A DNA stretch of 64,000 bases from Paragordius varius. Its lineage: Eukaryota > Animalia > Nematomorpha. Positions within the stretch are counted from its first letter, which is position 1. Each line of letters opens with the position of its first letter. The position numbers and the translations under genes were made by a program. The DNA is taken from the NCBI GenBank assembly GCA_964247055.1, contig OZ176054.1:5890001-5954000 (forward strand). Direction: 5' to 3'. Below, one piece after another: positions 12,796 to 27,064 of this stretch. The notes below the pieces were generated by a model. The model saw only the letters and a list, made by a program, of their open reading frames with translations. It was not told where the DNA came from and made no database searches.

Positions 12796-12956
12796 ATAAG
12801 ATTCGTGTTAACGTCGTGAATAATGAAAGAAAATAAAAATAAATTTATTATAGACTCAAATTTTCGCCCAATGGCATCATCAGGAGTTGTTAAAAGAAAA
12901 ATTTAAAACAAAATTTTCATTTTCTTTCATTATTCACGACGTTAACACGAATCTTA
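12796..12956 (-). mobile_element. 161-bp hammerhead-bearing element with ~44-bp inverted arms (Penelope-like layout, no coding sequence)
   Basis: taagattcgtgttaacgtcgtgaataatgaaagaaaat (12796-) is perfectly inverted at 12919-12956; the spacer holds a hammerhead core on the minus strand. Confidence 0.65.
12854..12887 (-). ncRNA. Minimal type I hammerhead ribozyme (second family)
   Basis: Minus strand ACTC-CTGATGA-T-GCC-ATTG-GGC-GAAA-A-TT-T-GAGT: stem I ACTC/GAGT, intact core, extra U after A9, stem II GCC/GGC, palindromic AATT stem III. Confidence 0.72.
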
Positions 12957-15181
12957 TATTTATAATTTTAATGTCAAAATAACTGTTTTGCTTTTAATCA
13001 TGCGGCGAGTTATATAATTTAAGTTTCGAGTTGCTAGTCTTCGTGGAAATGAATTCTCTATAAAAAGTATCTGTTATAACATTCACATATTAATACTTCT
13101 ACCAGGACAACTTAAAATATTTCTAAATTTAATTGAATCGAATTTAAGCGTTTTTAAAAGCAATATTATAGCGAAATTTGGCATATATTATATCGCGTTG
13201 CCGCTTTTTTATTTAAGAAAATTAGTAATTCCAGTTATATTGTTTTTGAGAAATATCATAGCTTCTTTTTAACTCAAATACTTGTTTTAATTACCAAACC
13301 AACTCTGATAATTAAAAAAAAAGATTAAAAATGAATAAAAAATATAATTTTTGCCTAGATATTTTCGTTACGCTGATGATAATCGAGTCCCATATTTTAT
13401 TATGTAACTTCGTCACATTATAAAAAATTTTCTCAAAAAGCGTCGTTGTAATTTTCCGGAAATATATTTCATTAAAATCAAATATGACTATCAGAGTATT
13501 ATATATGCATCGATCAGGTTTACACACTTTTTAAAATTCCCTGCGTGCTGTCCTAAACACCACCTAAATATGGGGATTAAAAAAAATTCTTAGTCACTGG
13601 ATAGAGGAGGTGAATATGCCAAATTTTGTTGTAAAAACTGTACATGATCCAAATTTATAAGGTTTGTCTGATTTCTATTGATATAAATAACTAAAATAAG
13701 TACCAGTTTTAGCGTGTGTAATGAAAGGATGGTTAATTTATTATCTTTAAGGGTAGTTTTAACCACTGAACAATCTTAATTTAAAATATTCAAAAAACTA
13801 TGATTCGGTCAAATAAAATTTTTTTATTCTATGGCTTGGGGGTATACAAAATTTTCTGCCACCAATTTTCTGATTTTTTTGCCAAATTACTACAAAACTA
13901 GAATATAAAATTCATCATGATTAAGAAATACAATTAATTATGGAAATCGTTATTTATTGAACCAATTAGTTATTTGTTTTATGATTCAGGAGCTATCCAA
14001 ATTTTAAACAGACTGTTAAAAATAAACTTTTTTGTCCAATAAATAAATATAAGGTTATATATTATATCCAAAGTACTCGTTGGCATCATATTATTAACAG
14101 ATATAAGCCTTCATCACATAAATACACCAAAAAGTATTGTTCATTTATAAATACTATTATCGAGGTGACATTTTAATGATTTTATGTTTAAACCAATCAC
14201 TTTTTTTCACTGTTACTTTCATTTTATTGCAGGATTAATAAATATCAACCCAATTGACATGGACTAAGGCGGTCGCGCGTGACAGCAGCTAATATAATAG
14301 AAAAGGATCAATTGATTAATTTTACTCAGGTTTGTTGTTTGCGGCAATCATGATATGTTTATTTTGGAAAATTTTGTTATCCAAACTGGATTAAAAGCTA
14401 CATTCGCATTTTTTGAGTTTTAATGTAATATTTCAAACAAAATATTACAGTAAATTGAAATTATACAGAGAAAATTTAAACCTAAGCACAAATATATTTT
14501 ACAAAAAAGATCCTTTTTTATATTGTTTTTTTTTAAACTCAGTTTTACACTTCTTAACCTATTGGGGTAGTTATATATCCCAATGCAATCTGGAATTTGA
14601 CTATCTTAAAGTATTTAATTATGCGCAGAATCAAAAATATGCTTTCTCTATAGCTTTTAAGGCGCATGCTTTATAAAATCTTTTTGAAAATGTAAATTGT
14701 AAAAAAATCCTCATTTCGAACTTTTTCGCCGCTATTTGTTTTTTTTAATTCTTTAAATCGCTAATAGGCAAAGGGTATATAATGTAAATAATTAACTTTA
14801 GTAACCATCTAGGTTGCGTATTACCAGCAAAAACTTGCTTTTTAATTATTTATATCAGCTGTTTTGTACAATCATGTTTGCTAATTTTAGAATCTATAAG
14901 TTACAAAACTGTAAATATCAGCTTTTTTTATCTTATACAGAAGAACAATGTTTGAAATTTAAATTTTAACTAAAACAACTTTTAAAACAGTAGTTTATTT
15001 ACAGATTAAGCTTGGGAAAACTATCCGAATATGTCATGCGGGCAAAAAAGTAAAAGGTCAGGAATGTTAAACAAAGTATGAAATTGAGAAGTTTTACAAT
15101 TGAATGAAATAATTAGGAATATTTTTCTTAACTGTATATTAGATTAATAGCGTATATAAATTTATTTTTAGGATATAAAAT

Positions 15182-18100
15182 TTACACAGTAGTACAATAA
15201 CAAAATTTTTTCATTTCAAGATCATCAATGCAATCTGATTCATTATTGTACTTGTTTGTGCGGGAGATGTCAACATAATTTAAATCGATGGAATTAATGG
15301 TTTCTGTGTCGCTATGAAGAAGTATTTCAAAGGTGGCATTATTAGGGTTAGTTTCAAAAATTATTATTATCTTAAATTTAGAATTTTTATGATAGTTATG
15401 TTTAGGGATAATGTTATTTCGGACAAAATCTAGCCCCTTATTTTTTGTCCAATAGCAAACAAAATTATTACAATTATAGGTATTTACGGCTTTATTCGCG
15501 CTATTTTTCTCATTGTCGGTCTGCTCCCCATTTGTGCTAATGAGGAATTTGGCTATTTTAATTTTTTTCAAAGTCAGCTTAGCACACCTGTATAGTAAGA
15601 GTTTTTGATTTATCGTTACTAACAACATTTTAACTATGTGATTAATATTTTTATCTTCATTATTATCCTGTACACCATTAATTAAATTGCATGGGCAATA
15701 TTGGAAAGGTATTCCAGCACTCTGGCACGTTCTGTCATTTGGAATGGGCTTAAATAGCGATTTTGCCATTGAATAAGCACTGCCATTCGATTTTTCATTC
15801 AACTCGTGATGATTGCTTCTGCTAAGATTAGGTATATTTTCCAGTGTTTTATGAACATCAAGTGGCGTAACCATTTTTTTCATATTTAACATTAATTGCT
15901 TATATGATAATGGGTATCTATCTTTGAACCACAACGGTGGTAAAATATACAACAGTGGCAACCGCTCCTCCATCATACCTTATATAGAAATCAATATATA
16001 TACCATTTACACCTTAAATATGGCCTTGAATAATTCTGAACAATTTAACCTCTAATATTTTAAAATTACCCTAAAATATTATGTGTTTTTGAGATTAAAA
16101 ATTACTTATATTCTTTTTATATTTTTAAAAAATGAAATTTAGTTTAAAATTAAAATAATACTGAAAAAATGATAAACTATGTCATAAAGATATATTTCAG
16201 ATTGATGATGAGTTATATTTGTTCGAAAACACATAATTATTTTAGGGTAAATTTGAATTGTTCAAGGGTAAATTTGAGTAAATGGTAGTATATTAAAAAA
16301 AGTTACATTTCACATAAAAAGACATTTTTTGTAAATAAAATGACTTTTTGTTACAATTTCTCTTAATATTAAGGCATGATGTGATACCTCAAGAATTATC
16401 ATATAACTAAAATGGAAAAAATGGTGTTTTAACGACAACTTAAAAATAAGCTTTTATCTTATGTAATTTTTAATAATTTATCCACCTTTTATTTTAATAA
16501 AGAGTAGAGTTGTTATATGTAACATTGTAAATCGTAAACTTTATGTTGATTTCAATCCATTAAATCAATTTAAAATACATATACACTTGAATCCAATTAT
16601 GTTTATTAGTCATTATGTATCGCAACGCTTTTTATAAAATAGTTCCTGGAGCCACCCCCGAAAAACTCTTTTAAATATAGAAATCTAACCAAAGCCAGTC
16701 ACAAAAAAGTAAAAGTCATCTAATTCTAGGACGAAAAGCGGTAAACTCCCTTAAGTATCAATAAACTTACAGCATTAATCTTTTGACTTTCGAATGTAGT
16801 CAATAGCTATATTTAATATAATCTTAGATTGGTTGGAGACAATTTCTGGAAAAAGATAGTAACTTTTTAATTTAAAATAGGTATCTTTAATTAAATCACC
16901 CGATATATATTAAGCTTTGGATGCTTTTTCACAATGGAAAATTCCTAATTTTAAAATATTTCGGAAAACAGTTACCATATTCAAAATTAAGGTCTCGGCG
17001 TTTCAGTTATAATGGTGCCAATCATTGCCAATTTTCGATTAATTTTGTCCTTTTATTCGCCACCCTCTTAAAAACACCCCAAAAAATAGTTTTTTGAAAC
17101 AATTTTTTAAAAACGTGGTTAAAGGATTTATAATTTAACATTTTAATACCCAAGAAGAGTGAAATTAACATTTTTTTTCGTCGCTTATAGTGATTATTAA
17201 CTCCCTAAATTAAAAAGATTGCAATATTAATCTCTAATTTCAGAAGCAAGCTATTATATTCATCGTTATCGAAAGTTTGTACACATCCAGATGTTTTGTA
17301 ATTGTTTCCGACTTAATACATGTCAAGGAACTGATTGTTTACATAAAATCAAATTTCATAAATTCATAATAATTAGATATTTGAAAGCCTTAAAACTTTA
17401 ATGATTCATCCGCCAATCGTCAAAATCGACCAAAAATATAACCCGTTTTAAAATGTAACATATATAGTTATACAAAGAAAATAATGTCCATATCTCTTTA
17501 GATAAAACAGTTTTTGTGTTAATTTTGTATTGCTCATCTGTATTTTTATTTGAATGCTTTACTTTTTTAAAAATACCTGTAAATGTTTTTCTTAAGTCAC
17601 CGTATCGCATGCCATGATCGCCAAACAATATCAAAAATGTATTGTTTAACGCCTGCTCATTGATTAAATCGGCAAAAAAACGGTATAAAATTGAGTCCAT
17701 CATTGTAATACTTGTTATATAATCATGTGTAATTCTACTTGAATATAATAGGGCGAAATAATTTCTTTGTTGTCCTTTGTGCGAATGCGATTTCAAAAAC
17801 GCCGTATTTTTCAAAATTTTCCCCGCATATTCAAATAAAAGTTCTGTTTCATGGTGATTCCCTACACAATACGGCTTTGCGGATATATTTCGTTTATTCC
17901 AAAATGTATTTATTTGGGATGCCGCCAGCAATAATGGTCGATAATAAATATCTGTTGGTTGATTATAAAATCCATTTTTCAAATAATTGAAAGTTGCAAT
18001 GTTTTCGTAATCCTCTAAAAAGACAGTGGTATAATTTAACATTTCATAGAGTTTCCATATAAACTTTATGTCGGAATCACCAAAATATCTTGTTTTAATA

Positions 18101-18924
18101 TCAAATTGAGTTAAAAACTGATCCATTAATTGGCCCATAAGTAAGGAAAGTAAGTTTGGAAATGTATTATCTCCTGTTTTAATGTAGCCATTGTAGATTA
18201 AATTTGAAGGCCGATAAGAATTCAACAAGGCATGCGTTTTTGGACAACCTCGTAAAAAATTTAACCGTGATGTCGAATCTATCCCCACCAATAAAACATT
18301 TATGTTTGGGCTATTAGTGCTTATTGATCTTTGCGAAACAATGTAATCGATATGCAGATCATTGTAGTGTAGATTACGATAAAATGTTTGTAGAAGAACC
18401 GAAGAATTATGGTTTCGTTTTAATTTTCCCAAACAATCAACCGTTACAAATGCAATTTTTCCATCCACCTTTATTGTATCATTAAAATAATGTTTCGCTC
18501 TAAGTGTAATGGTAGAATCAGCGGCCTTTGAATCCCTGTTACGTTTTATTTCTTGATAGCTGCAGTGACTTAAAATAAATTTCTTGCTGTAATTTTGTTT
18601 AAATAGTGTAAAATTTATAAAAATTATCCCATTTTTTATATATGTGAGCCCCTTTAACGCTGAAACACATTCATTTATTAACTTTTCACTTTTAAAATAT
18701 TTCATAACAGATTTTTCAAACGGATCTAAATGCAGAATTCGGCATTCTGTTGTGTTTAAATCTAATGTCAAATTCATGTGAAATGGTAAATTGCGGATGG
18801 GATTACCTTTAAACCATAAAATGTAACAAATTATCATTACCATAAATGTGCATAAATACACATTCCCAAACTTTATAATATTCATCAGAATTAAAACAAC
18901 AACAACAATCATATATTGATTCAT
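15182..18924 (-). CDS. DUF229-family (alkaline phosphatase/sulfatase fold) type II membrane protein, 2 exons, 714 aa
   Basis: Exons 17577-18924 and 15182-15978 join as DLRKTFT-G-MMEERLP. Motifs NVLLVGIDSTSRLNFLRGCPKT, YIKTGDNTFPNL, Y.T.FLED, THD, FGDHGMRYG, EERLP, RTCQSAGIPFQYCPC, terminal KKFCYC; N-terminal TM helices. Confidence 0.9.
16001..16287. mobile_element. MITE-like element, copy 2 (termini TACCATTTAC/GTAAATGGTA), in the DUF229 intron
   Basis: Long imperfect TIRs; similar to 4641-4898. Confidence 0.6.
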
Positions 18925-19049
18925 TAGAAACTGGAATGAATATCGAGCAAAGTTATCTTTTTAATTTAGAAATAAAACTCATCTGATTGAGGGAGTTTTC
19001 AATAAATGCCGGAAAAAAATAATAAAAAAGGATTAATACAGCCAATGTT

Positions 19050-21110
19050 CCAGAGACGGAAGCATATGACTCACAAACACCACATATCATCCCAAATTAT
19101 AACAAAGTACTAGAAAGATGAAGGGAATATTAAGCCAAAGGTTTACTATTAAAAGATGAAGAATGTGATCCAGATCAAGTGAGTTTGAAATAGCTTTAAA
19201 ACCAATTCCTAACAAAAAATCCATGTGATTAGACAATATCCCAATAGAGTTCATAAAATTAATTTTATAAAAACGTAACAATTATGCCAAAAGTTTGGAG
19301 AACATATGAGTGGCCAAATGATGAGTTATCTGTATATTTCTAATAAACAATAAGGTGATGTATTACAGTGCCAAAACTACCGAAAAATATAGCCACGCTA
19401 TTAACGTAATGCTAAAAATCATTCTAAACAGGATACACAGTATTATAAATTCAGTAAAACCAGAAAATTAGGCCGGATTTAGGAAGGATAAATGCACAAA
19501 GGGCCATATATCAAACGGAAAGATAATGGAAACATCTAGAGGGTTTTAGAAAAAATTTATGTTTTATCGATTACAAACAAGCTTTTGATTCGATAAATTA
19601 TGATTCTCTGTGGGAAACATTGAAGCTACTAGGGGGGTCGTCGGACCTAATATGATTGATTAGTTCTTCATATATAGAACAAAGAGCGATTAGAAAATCA
19701 GCGGGGGCACAGAATACGATCTTGAAAGGGGTCAGGCAAGGTGTTGCTTATCCCCTTATGTGGCGCAGAATAATGAGAAAGTTTTATGGTAAAAACATTG
19801 GAGTGAGAATAAAGGGGGAGGCAATCAATAAATTTAAGGTTTACCACCCTTATAGCTGAAAGTGTAAAAAATTTAATAGTGTTCGAAGAAATTTGGAAGG
19901 AAAGTTTGAGTTACGATTTTATGCTTAACCCTAATAAAATCAAAATATTAAGCACTGGAGAAAAGCCTAAAATTGTTATAGATGGGGTGAAAATAGAAAC
20001 ACGGGGTGCTACAATTCTTAGGATCTCTCTTAAAACCTCTAAGGTCAAAAAGAGCGCACGATTGGGTAGGGAAGCTATGACCAAATTAAATAAGATCTGG
20101 CAAAATAAAAGTGTAGGTGAAACTAAAAAACTTACGCAACTGTTTTGTTCTCCTGGTCACCGGACTTTCAAAAAGGAGACAAAGAAATTTTCATCACTTT
20201 TGAAAAGAACCACTGGGGTAGGATATATATTAAAACTACTTTTTCCATACAATTCTATGCAGAACTATTGATTCAATTTTTGATTTAGGGATTTTTGTTT
20301 CTCTCAACCGGTATTAAAAGTTAAAATGGTGCCATAAATATAAAATCAAACAGAATTCCCTGAATAAAATCTGAGATTATAGATCTTTTTTCTGCATCGA
20401 ATTGTATGGAGAAGGCATTTATAATATTTATGTTGAATAAATTGTAATTGTACCCAACTTGCGCTTTAATGCAAATTATCAAAAAATTTTCCTTTTTAAA
20501 TGGTAGGTGATGATAGTTGGGTTCTGAAGGGTAACTAAAGTTGCAAATATTTGGGAGCTATGTTAAGTGCAGATGGTTCGTTGACTGATGATATTAATTT
20601 AAGAATAAAGAGTAGCTGGGTAAATTGGAAGAAAATTTCGAGCGTGTTATGCGATCGAAATATTGATATTAGAGTGAAAGGTAAGATTTATAGTTCAGTT
20701 GTCCAGCCCTCAATGATGTATAACAGACCTGGGGTGTCAAAAAATCCGAAGAAAGACATTTTAACGTGACTGAAATGAAAATGCTCGGAATGATGTGTGG
20801 GGTAACAAGAAAGGACAGAATTGAGAATAGATTTATTCGTGGGAGCACAGATATTTAACCAATAGTGGAAAGAATGTTAAAAAATAGGCTACGTTGGTTC
20901 GGGCACATTGAAAGGAGAGATTTTAATTATATTGCAAAAATAATAGATAGTCATATAGTTGAGGGAAAACGAGGACGTGGGCGGCCTAAAACAAAATGGA
21001 TAGATACAGTAAAAAGAGAGCTAGCAGAATACGAGCTTAATGCAGAGGACGCCATCGATAGAGTTTTATGGCGAAATATGACCGCTCTCACGAGTGAAAA
21101 CATGTAATGT
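19050..21110 (+). mobile_element. Decayed RTE-clade non-LTR retrotransposon fragments
   Basis: LDNIPIEFIK, .AGFRK, FIDYKQAFDS, KGVRQG; then KYLGAMLSADGSL..DINLRIKSSWVNWKKISSVLCDRNI..VKGKIY and RLRWFGHIERRD..EGKRGRGRPKTKW.D. Many frameshifts; possibly two separate fragments. Confidence 0.85.
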
Positions 21111-22156
21111 ATTAATAATAATATAAGGCTTAATTTTTTGAAGACAATATATTGGGTAAAGTCTATATATAGAGTTAGTATATGATTGTTTTAATCAAAA
21201 TTAGAATCTTTTACCGCATATTAACAAGTTTTTATGATTCAAGCTTAACGCCAAAGTGTGATTTTTTAGCTTATATTCTTGTAAATTTTTCTAGGAACCT
21301 CCGAAAAAATGTAAAATCTTTATTCATAATATTTTGGGTTTAAATTATTATTAAAACTAATAACAATTAGTTGACGCGTTTAGATCTATTATATTTAATT
21401 TTATTTGACCTATGATGCGATAAAAATGCGATTCTTTGATTTCGGCTAGTAACAGTATTAAAATTTTTTTTTCCAGTATTTTAACCACATATATCTTTTT
21501 AATATTCATTTTCATGAAATAGCAAAATTTGTGCATTTGCTGAGAATTCAATTTTATGCCTAAATGCATTATTTCTAAAAATATCATTATATATCATGCA
21601 AAACTATTTTTGTAAAATTTTAGATTTACATGATAGGGGACTCAAAAAATCCCAAATCGCTACCCATCTAAGATGGGGTAGTTTCAATATACATGCAAAA
21701 ATCCCGATATTTCGCTAAAATATTAATAGAAAAGAAAAATTATTCTTGAAAAAAGCATTTGTTTAAAAATTAATTTTTAGGAAATTTTTGTTGAAGTGCC
21801 TCCTTTTTTAGTATGATAAAAACGGTAAAAAAGCTTTTAAACAACATTTCTATATAATTCAATGATAGCGAACATTTCTATTGACTCATTGATCAAAAAT
21901 GTGACTGTCTTCAATTTTAAGTTGAATATAAATTGCGTATTCCACAAATTTTCATTAAAATTTGAAAGAAAACCAATCTTTCGAAATACTGATAGAAATG
22001 TTGTATATTAGAAAAATGGTTTAAAATATCTTAAAGCGTTTTATACCGTTTCATCATTCTTCAAAAGAACATGAAGCGCGTTTAACAAAATTTTGATGAA
22101 AATTATATTTGAAGAAAATTGTGCTTAAAAATTTTTTTTCATGGCATAATCTAGCA

Positions 22157-24399
22157 CAGTGATACTCAAACCGCCGCCCGCGGGCCGCATGCGGCCCTAA
22201 GAGCGCTTTAAAATTGCCCTATCATATTGATACTTAAATTATTTTTTTATTGATAATTTTTAAATACACATAAAAACGAATTTTCCCTTATTTTAATATT
22301 AATTTATTTTCCTTAGTGTTAATTTTGGTATTTTTTATTTTTTATCCAATTTGAAATGTTGAATTTCCCTACATTAAAATTGTTTTAAAATTTTGGCACA
22401 AGTTGTTTGTGTTTCTGTATTCTATTTTCTTTTCTATTTTGGAATTTTTATTGCATTAGATTTTTGTATTTAAGCAAGCTTTTCCCAAACTTGCATATAA
22501 ATATTCTTTTCATTGCTAGCATCATTTTTATACTCATTGCCATAAAATATATTTCTAATCAATATCATTAAATTTCGTCCTGTTTTTTTATAGCATAATT
22601 TATATTCCTATTTTTTGAAAAAATTTACATAATATTTAAACATAAATTTTAAGGATGACATCAATGCAAAAAACCGTAAATTATCCGATGCAAATTGCTT
22701 CTTTAAATAAGAATCGGAAGAAATTTTTTTGTCGTTTTAAAAATGTTGTTACCTGCCCTATATGTTAAAACATAATTATAAAAAATACATTTTTGAAAGA
22801 CATTTTACAATCCACCATTTTCATAAATTACCGGAAAATTATGAGGAAAGAAACGAAAATAATAAAAAGATTAAGAAATTATGCCAAAAAAATCTATTTT
22901 GTCCAGCCTCGTATGAAAATTTGCTATATTTTAGAAAAAAATATGAAACGGTTTACTGATTCCCAACTAATAAAAGAAGGTCTAATAAATGGTTGCCCTT
23001 TTTCATTTGATAAATTCCATAATAAAGATAAAATCGTGAGGCAAATTAAAAACTTCAACTTTCTGATTCAACATGTGCTCGAAGCATTGAAGATATGTCA
23101 AAATATATTTTTAACAATACATTATTGGCTCCAAAAACCTGCAAATATTTTTATATTGCTATTGATTCTACACTGATATTAGTTCAACACCTCAATGTGC
23201 GCTCTTCGTGTGATTTTGCAACGACAACATAATCAACGAGGATTATTTAAAATTTTTACCAATGAATAATATTACCAAAGGACTATTTTCTCTAAATAAT
23301 TAGCAATTTTTTCCGATAATAATGGTATATCTATGAAAAAATTTATTTCATCTGCACAGATGGCTATACGTCTATGATTGGAATAAAATGATTTATTTTT
23401 CTTTTGAAAAACAAATATAATTTGCAAAATATTTTATCCTTTCACTGCTTTATTCATCAGCAAACTTATTTTCGACTATAAAAGATGAGTCACTCAATTT
23501 GGTAATTAAAACGGTTGTGGATATAGTTAACCACAACCGTGGCAGAGAATTCAACCGCCGTAAACCTTCTGAAAGATACACGTCTTCAAGGGAGCAAAAT
23601 AATAACCCAATTCGCTAATCAAATATATGCTTTTAAAGAAGAATTAATAACATATAAACAAGATTTCATTAATAAAACACTATTATATTTGCCAACACTT
23701 AAAACGCATGAAGAAAATATAGAATTTACCGCATAGATTTATTTAATAATAGACAATCATTTAAATTTTATTTAACGAGGTGAACTACAGATTTCAAGAA
23801 TTATGAAATATTAAAATTTGATTAAAACTTCTTGAAAATCCATATATCCATAAGCAACTTGAGCTTGGTTTATATCAGGCGCATATAATTGAAGAATTTG
23901 TAGATTTTAAAATTGATAATTTGGAGATATTCAAGGAGAATCGTAGAGAAGAAAGTTATTTAGAGTTTTGGCAATACCAAATAAATATGAAAGTATAATC
24001 AAATCTGCTCAAGTTATCATAACTGTTTTTCCCTCAACTTACAGGTAACGGCGTATTCGAAAATGAAATTTGTCAAGAATACATACAGAAATCGCTTAAC
24101 TGGTGATTATATGGACGACAAATTAAGATAGGCCTGTCATGAGGCGAAACCAAATTTGTCAAAAATTATTGGTTAATATTAAAATAAATGTTGTTTTCAA
24201 AATATTTTAATTTTTTTAAACTAAATGATGCAAACGAGTTTTTAGCTGGATTTACAGGCGATCCGCACAAAATTCATTGTGCTGATTTAGAGTATGAATA
24301 TGTGCATATGTGTTAATTAGCTATGGAATATTTGACATGGCCCTCGAAAAAAAAATATATTTTATTTGGCCCGTCAAATTTTTTTAGTGAGTACCACTG
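22157..24399 (+). mobile_element. hAT (Charlie/SPIN/GTF2IRD2-type) DNA transposon with a decayed transposase
   Basis: TIRs CAGTGATACTCA / TGAGTACCACTG; perfect 8-bp TSD ATCTAGCA (22149-22156, 24400-24407); remnants TDISSTPQCALFV, ICTDGYTSMIG, HCFIHQQ. Confidence 0.92.
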
Positions 24400-24407
24400 A
24401 TCTAGCA

Positions 24408-25300
24408 TATTTAAAAAAATTCGCGACCTCTACCTTTTTGCGTTTTGAAAAAACAAGCCCATTTTACAGGAGCCAAATTTGAGACTTTCGGATTCCAAAT
24501 CTAATATAATTCGCTTTTAAAAACAAAAATACCCTGATAAAATATTTTTGGATAAAAAAATATATCAGGATTACGTTGGGGCTTTTTTGGGCCTTACGAG
24601 TGATTCATGAAAGTTATTTCTCTTTTGAGATAAGTTCTCCATATCAAATGACAAATTTTCGCACATTTTTATAACTAAATTTTTGTTGGTGAAAGCATCA
24701 CTCAAATATTTCATTAACATATAAGCAAAACAAGTGGGCGCCGAAAATCCAAATGCCGAGATCGCGCGATAAAATTAAATATATGCTTAATTTTAATATC
24801 AATTAAAAATATCTTTTTAAAAAAGGATAATTTTTCCATAATTTAAATTTTAGCAAAATGGTGAAGCGTACATACTATTTTGAGACACGATCAAAACGGT
24901 ATAAAAACGTTTTGATAATTTAAAAAACATTCTATATAATTTAATGATGCTTAACATTTGTATCGGTTCAGAGTTTGTTTTAAATTTTGATGAATTTTTG
25001 TAAAAAGCGTAAATTTATCATTTTGAAAATAAACCTTTAAATTAAAATCAAAAAGCGATAAAAATGTTTGGAATTATCGAATTCTATAGAAGTGTTTTGA
25101 TATTTTAAAGGTTTTTACCGTTCATGCTACAAAATAGTATGTAATACGCTTCAAAAAATATTTGCTAAAATTTAAATTTTTGAAAAAAGCATGTATTTGT
25201 TTATTTTTGATGCCATAATTAAACATATTAAAAAATTTTATTGTGAAAGCTCGGAATTTTTGTGTTTTTTTGAGAGAACTTGGCTGTTTTAAAAAGTAAA
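24408..25300. repeat. Diverged interspersed repeat family with internal GAAGCGTA...TACGCTTC inverted repeat
   Basis: 24840-25170 resembles 55990-56340 and 21800-22156; one copy is interrupted by the hAT element. Confidence 0.5.
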
Positions 25301-25403
25301 TTACATTTTTTTAATATTGTTTTGCTTTTTATATGTTGTTTATAATGATGCTAGTGATGTTCTTTGGAATGGAGCATTCAGCTTTAACCAAAAATTTGTT
25401 GAA

Positions 25404-26499
25404 CACTTGGATACAACACATTCATTTCATTGCTTCGATTCAAATTGGGGTTGTTGGATACCGGCCTGGTTGAAATAAATACTTCAAAAAATATGGAATG
25501 AAACCATGGCAAAATTTTGCACTTATATAACATTAATGACCCGAAATATAATTTTTTTTAAAAAAATACTTGACATTACTTATTTTAACACTTGGATACA
25601 AGACATTCATTTCAGTCCTTCGAATCAAATTGGGGTAGTTGGATACCCCTGGCCTGTTTAAAATTAAATAATTTAAAAAACATATAAGGAATCGAAACCA
25701 TGGTAAAATTTTGCACCTATATAACATTGATAAACCGAAATATATAAAAAATTTTATTCAAAAATACTTGATATTTCTTTTTTTATTGTAAAACCCAAAG
25801 GTAAAAATTTAGTCAATGTAACTGCATTAATTAAATAATAATACAAAATAAAGCACTCTTTCTATTTCCATCAATGTTAGATGTAATTTAAATAAGAAAT
25901 TAGCTTTAATTTAAACATTAGAATTAAATAAACACAATATTTAGAAAAATTTTTGTGAAATAAAAATGGCGTCCAAGTAGTTTGACATGAAACTTTTTTC
26001 AAAACGAAATTTTATTTAGATATTTTGGATTTTTTATATAATTTTTATTAGGATAGAAGCATAATTTTAAATTGGGACTGTTTCCTTCAGTAGTTTTTTA
26101 GAAATATTAATTTAAATTAGATCTGCGGCATTTAGACACCCCAAAAATCGAAGTGTGAAAGTAAAATCAAAGGTACATTAGCTAAATTTGAAAAAGACAA
26201 AATACACCACCTTTTCTGTTTCTATCAATGTTAGATGTGACTTAAATAAAAAATAGCTTAAATTTTAGCTTTAAAATTAAATAACCCAACATTATGCTAG
26301 AATGTTGCCAAATAAAAATGGCGTCGTAGTTTGATGCTGAATGTTTTTTTGAAACTAAATTTTATAAAGATATTTCGGCTTATATATATAATAATTAGAA
26401 TAGAAGCATAAATGCTAACTGGGACCGTTCCTTTAGTTTCTTAAAAAAATCAACCTAAACATAGTCTAAGGTATTATATTGTACCTTAGAATCAAAGTG
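25404..26499. mobile_element. TTAA-type MITE with a second copy (25589-26155) nested inside it
   Basis: Two CACTTGGATACAA starts (25404, 25589) and two AAGTG ends (26155, 26499); the inner copy starts at an internal TTAA of the outer copy. Confidence 0.75.
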
Positions 26500-27064
26500 T
26501 TAACAAAATATGAGAAATTTTGCAATTTTCTGTATGGCGCATTTCCCACAAAAGTGGGACTAACTTTTTCTGTGCCATGATACAATTTTATATTGAAAAA
26601 ATATTTTACGCCTCGAATACGAGCTGTGCAATAGCTTTAAGTTTAGATATGGAGCAATTACTAAAGATTTATATTATTTTTCCTTAACACATAAGACCGA
26701 AACGCATAGCTTCAAGAAAATGATATATTTTTCTAACATATATTTATTAATATATAAAGCTTTGAGACTCTTGATGGGTATATTTTAAAAGGTTTTTATA
26801 ATATTTAAAATTTCTTAATACATCATAAAAGTTTACAAAATTTATTTTAGTATATGTTTTTTAAAAAATACCAATTAAAATGATTATATAGGTATTAAAA
26901 AATTATATTAGGCTTTACGACATTCACTAAATTCCAAAATTTATATTTCTTTGACTTGTTAACCCTAAAACTACAATCTATTTTTAGCATATAAATTATA
27001 AATTTTAACAAATAAATTATTTTTAGAAAGAAAAATATATTTTTGTCATATTATCAATGTTTGA

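Noticed and set aside
14260-14345. GC-rich island as a possible small RNA gene
   Set aside because: No tRNA, snRNA or SL RNA motifs recognised.
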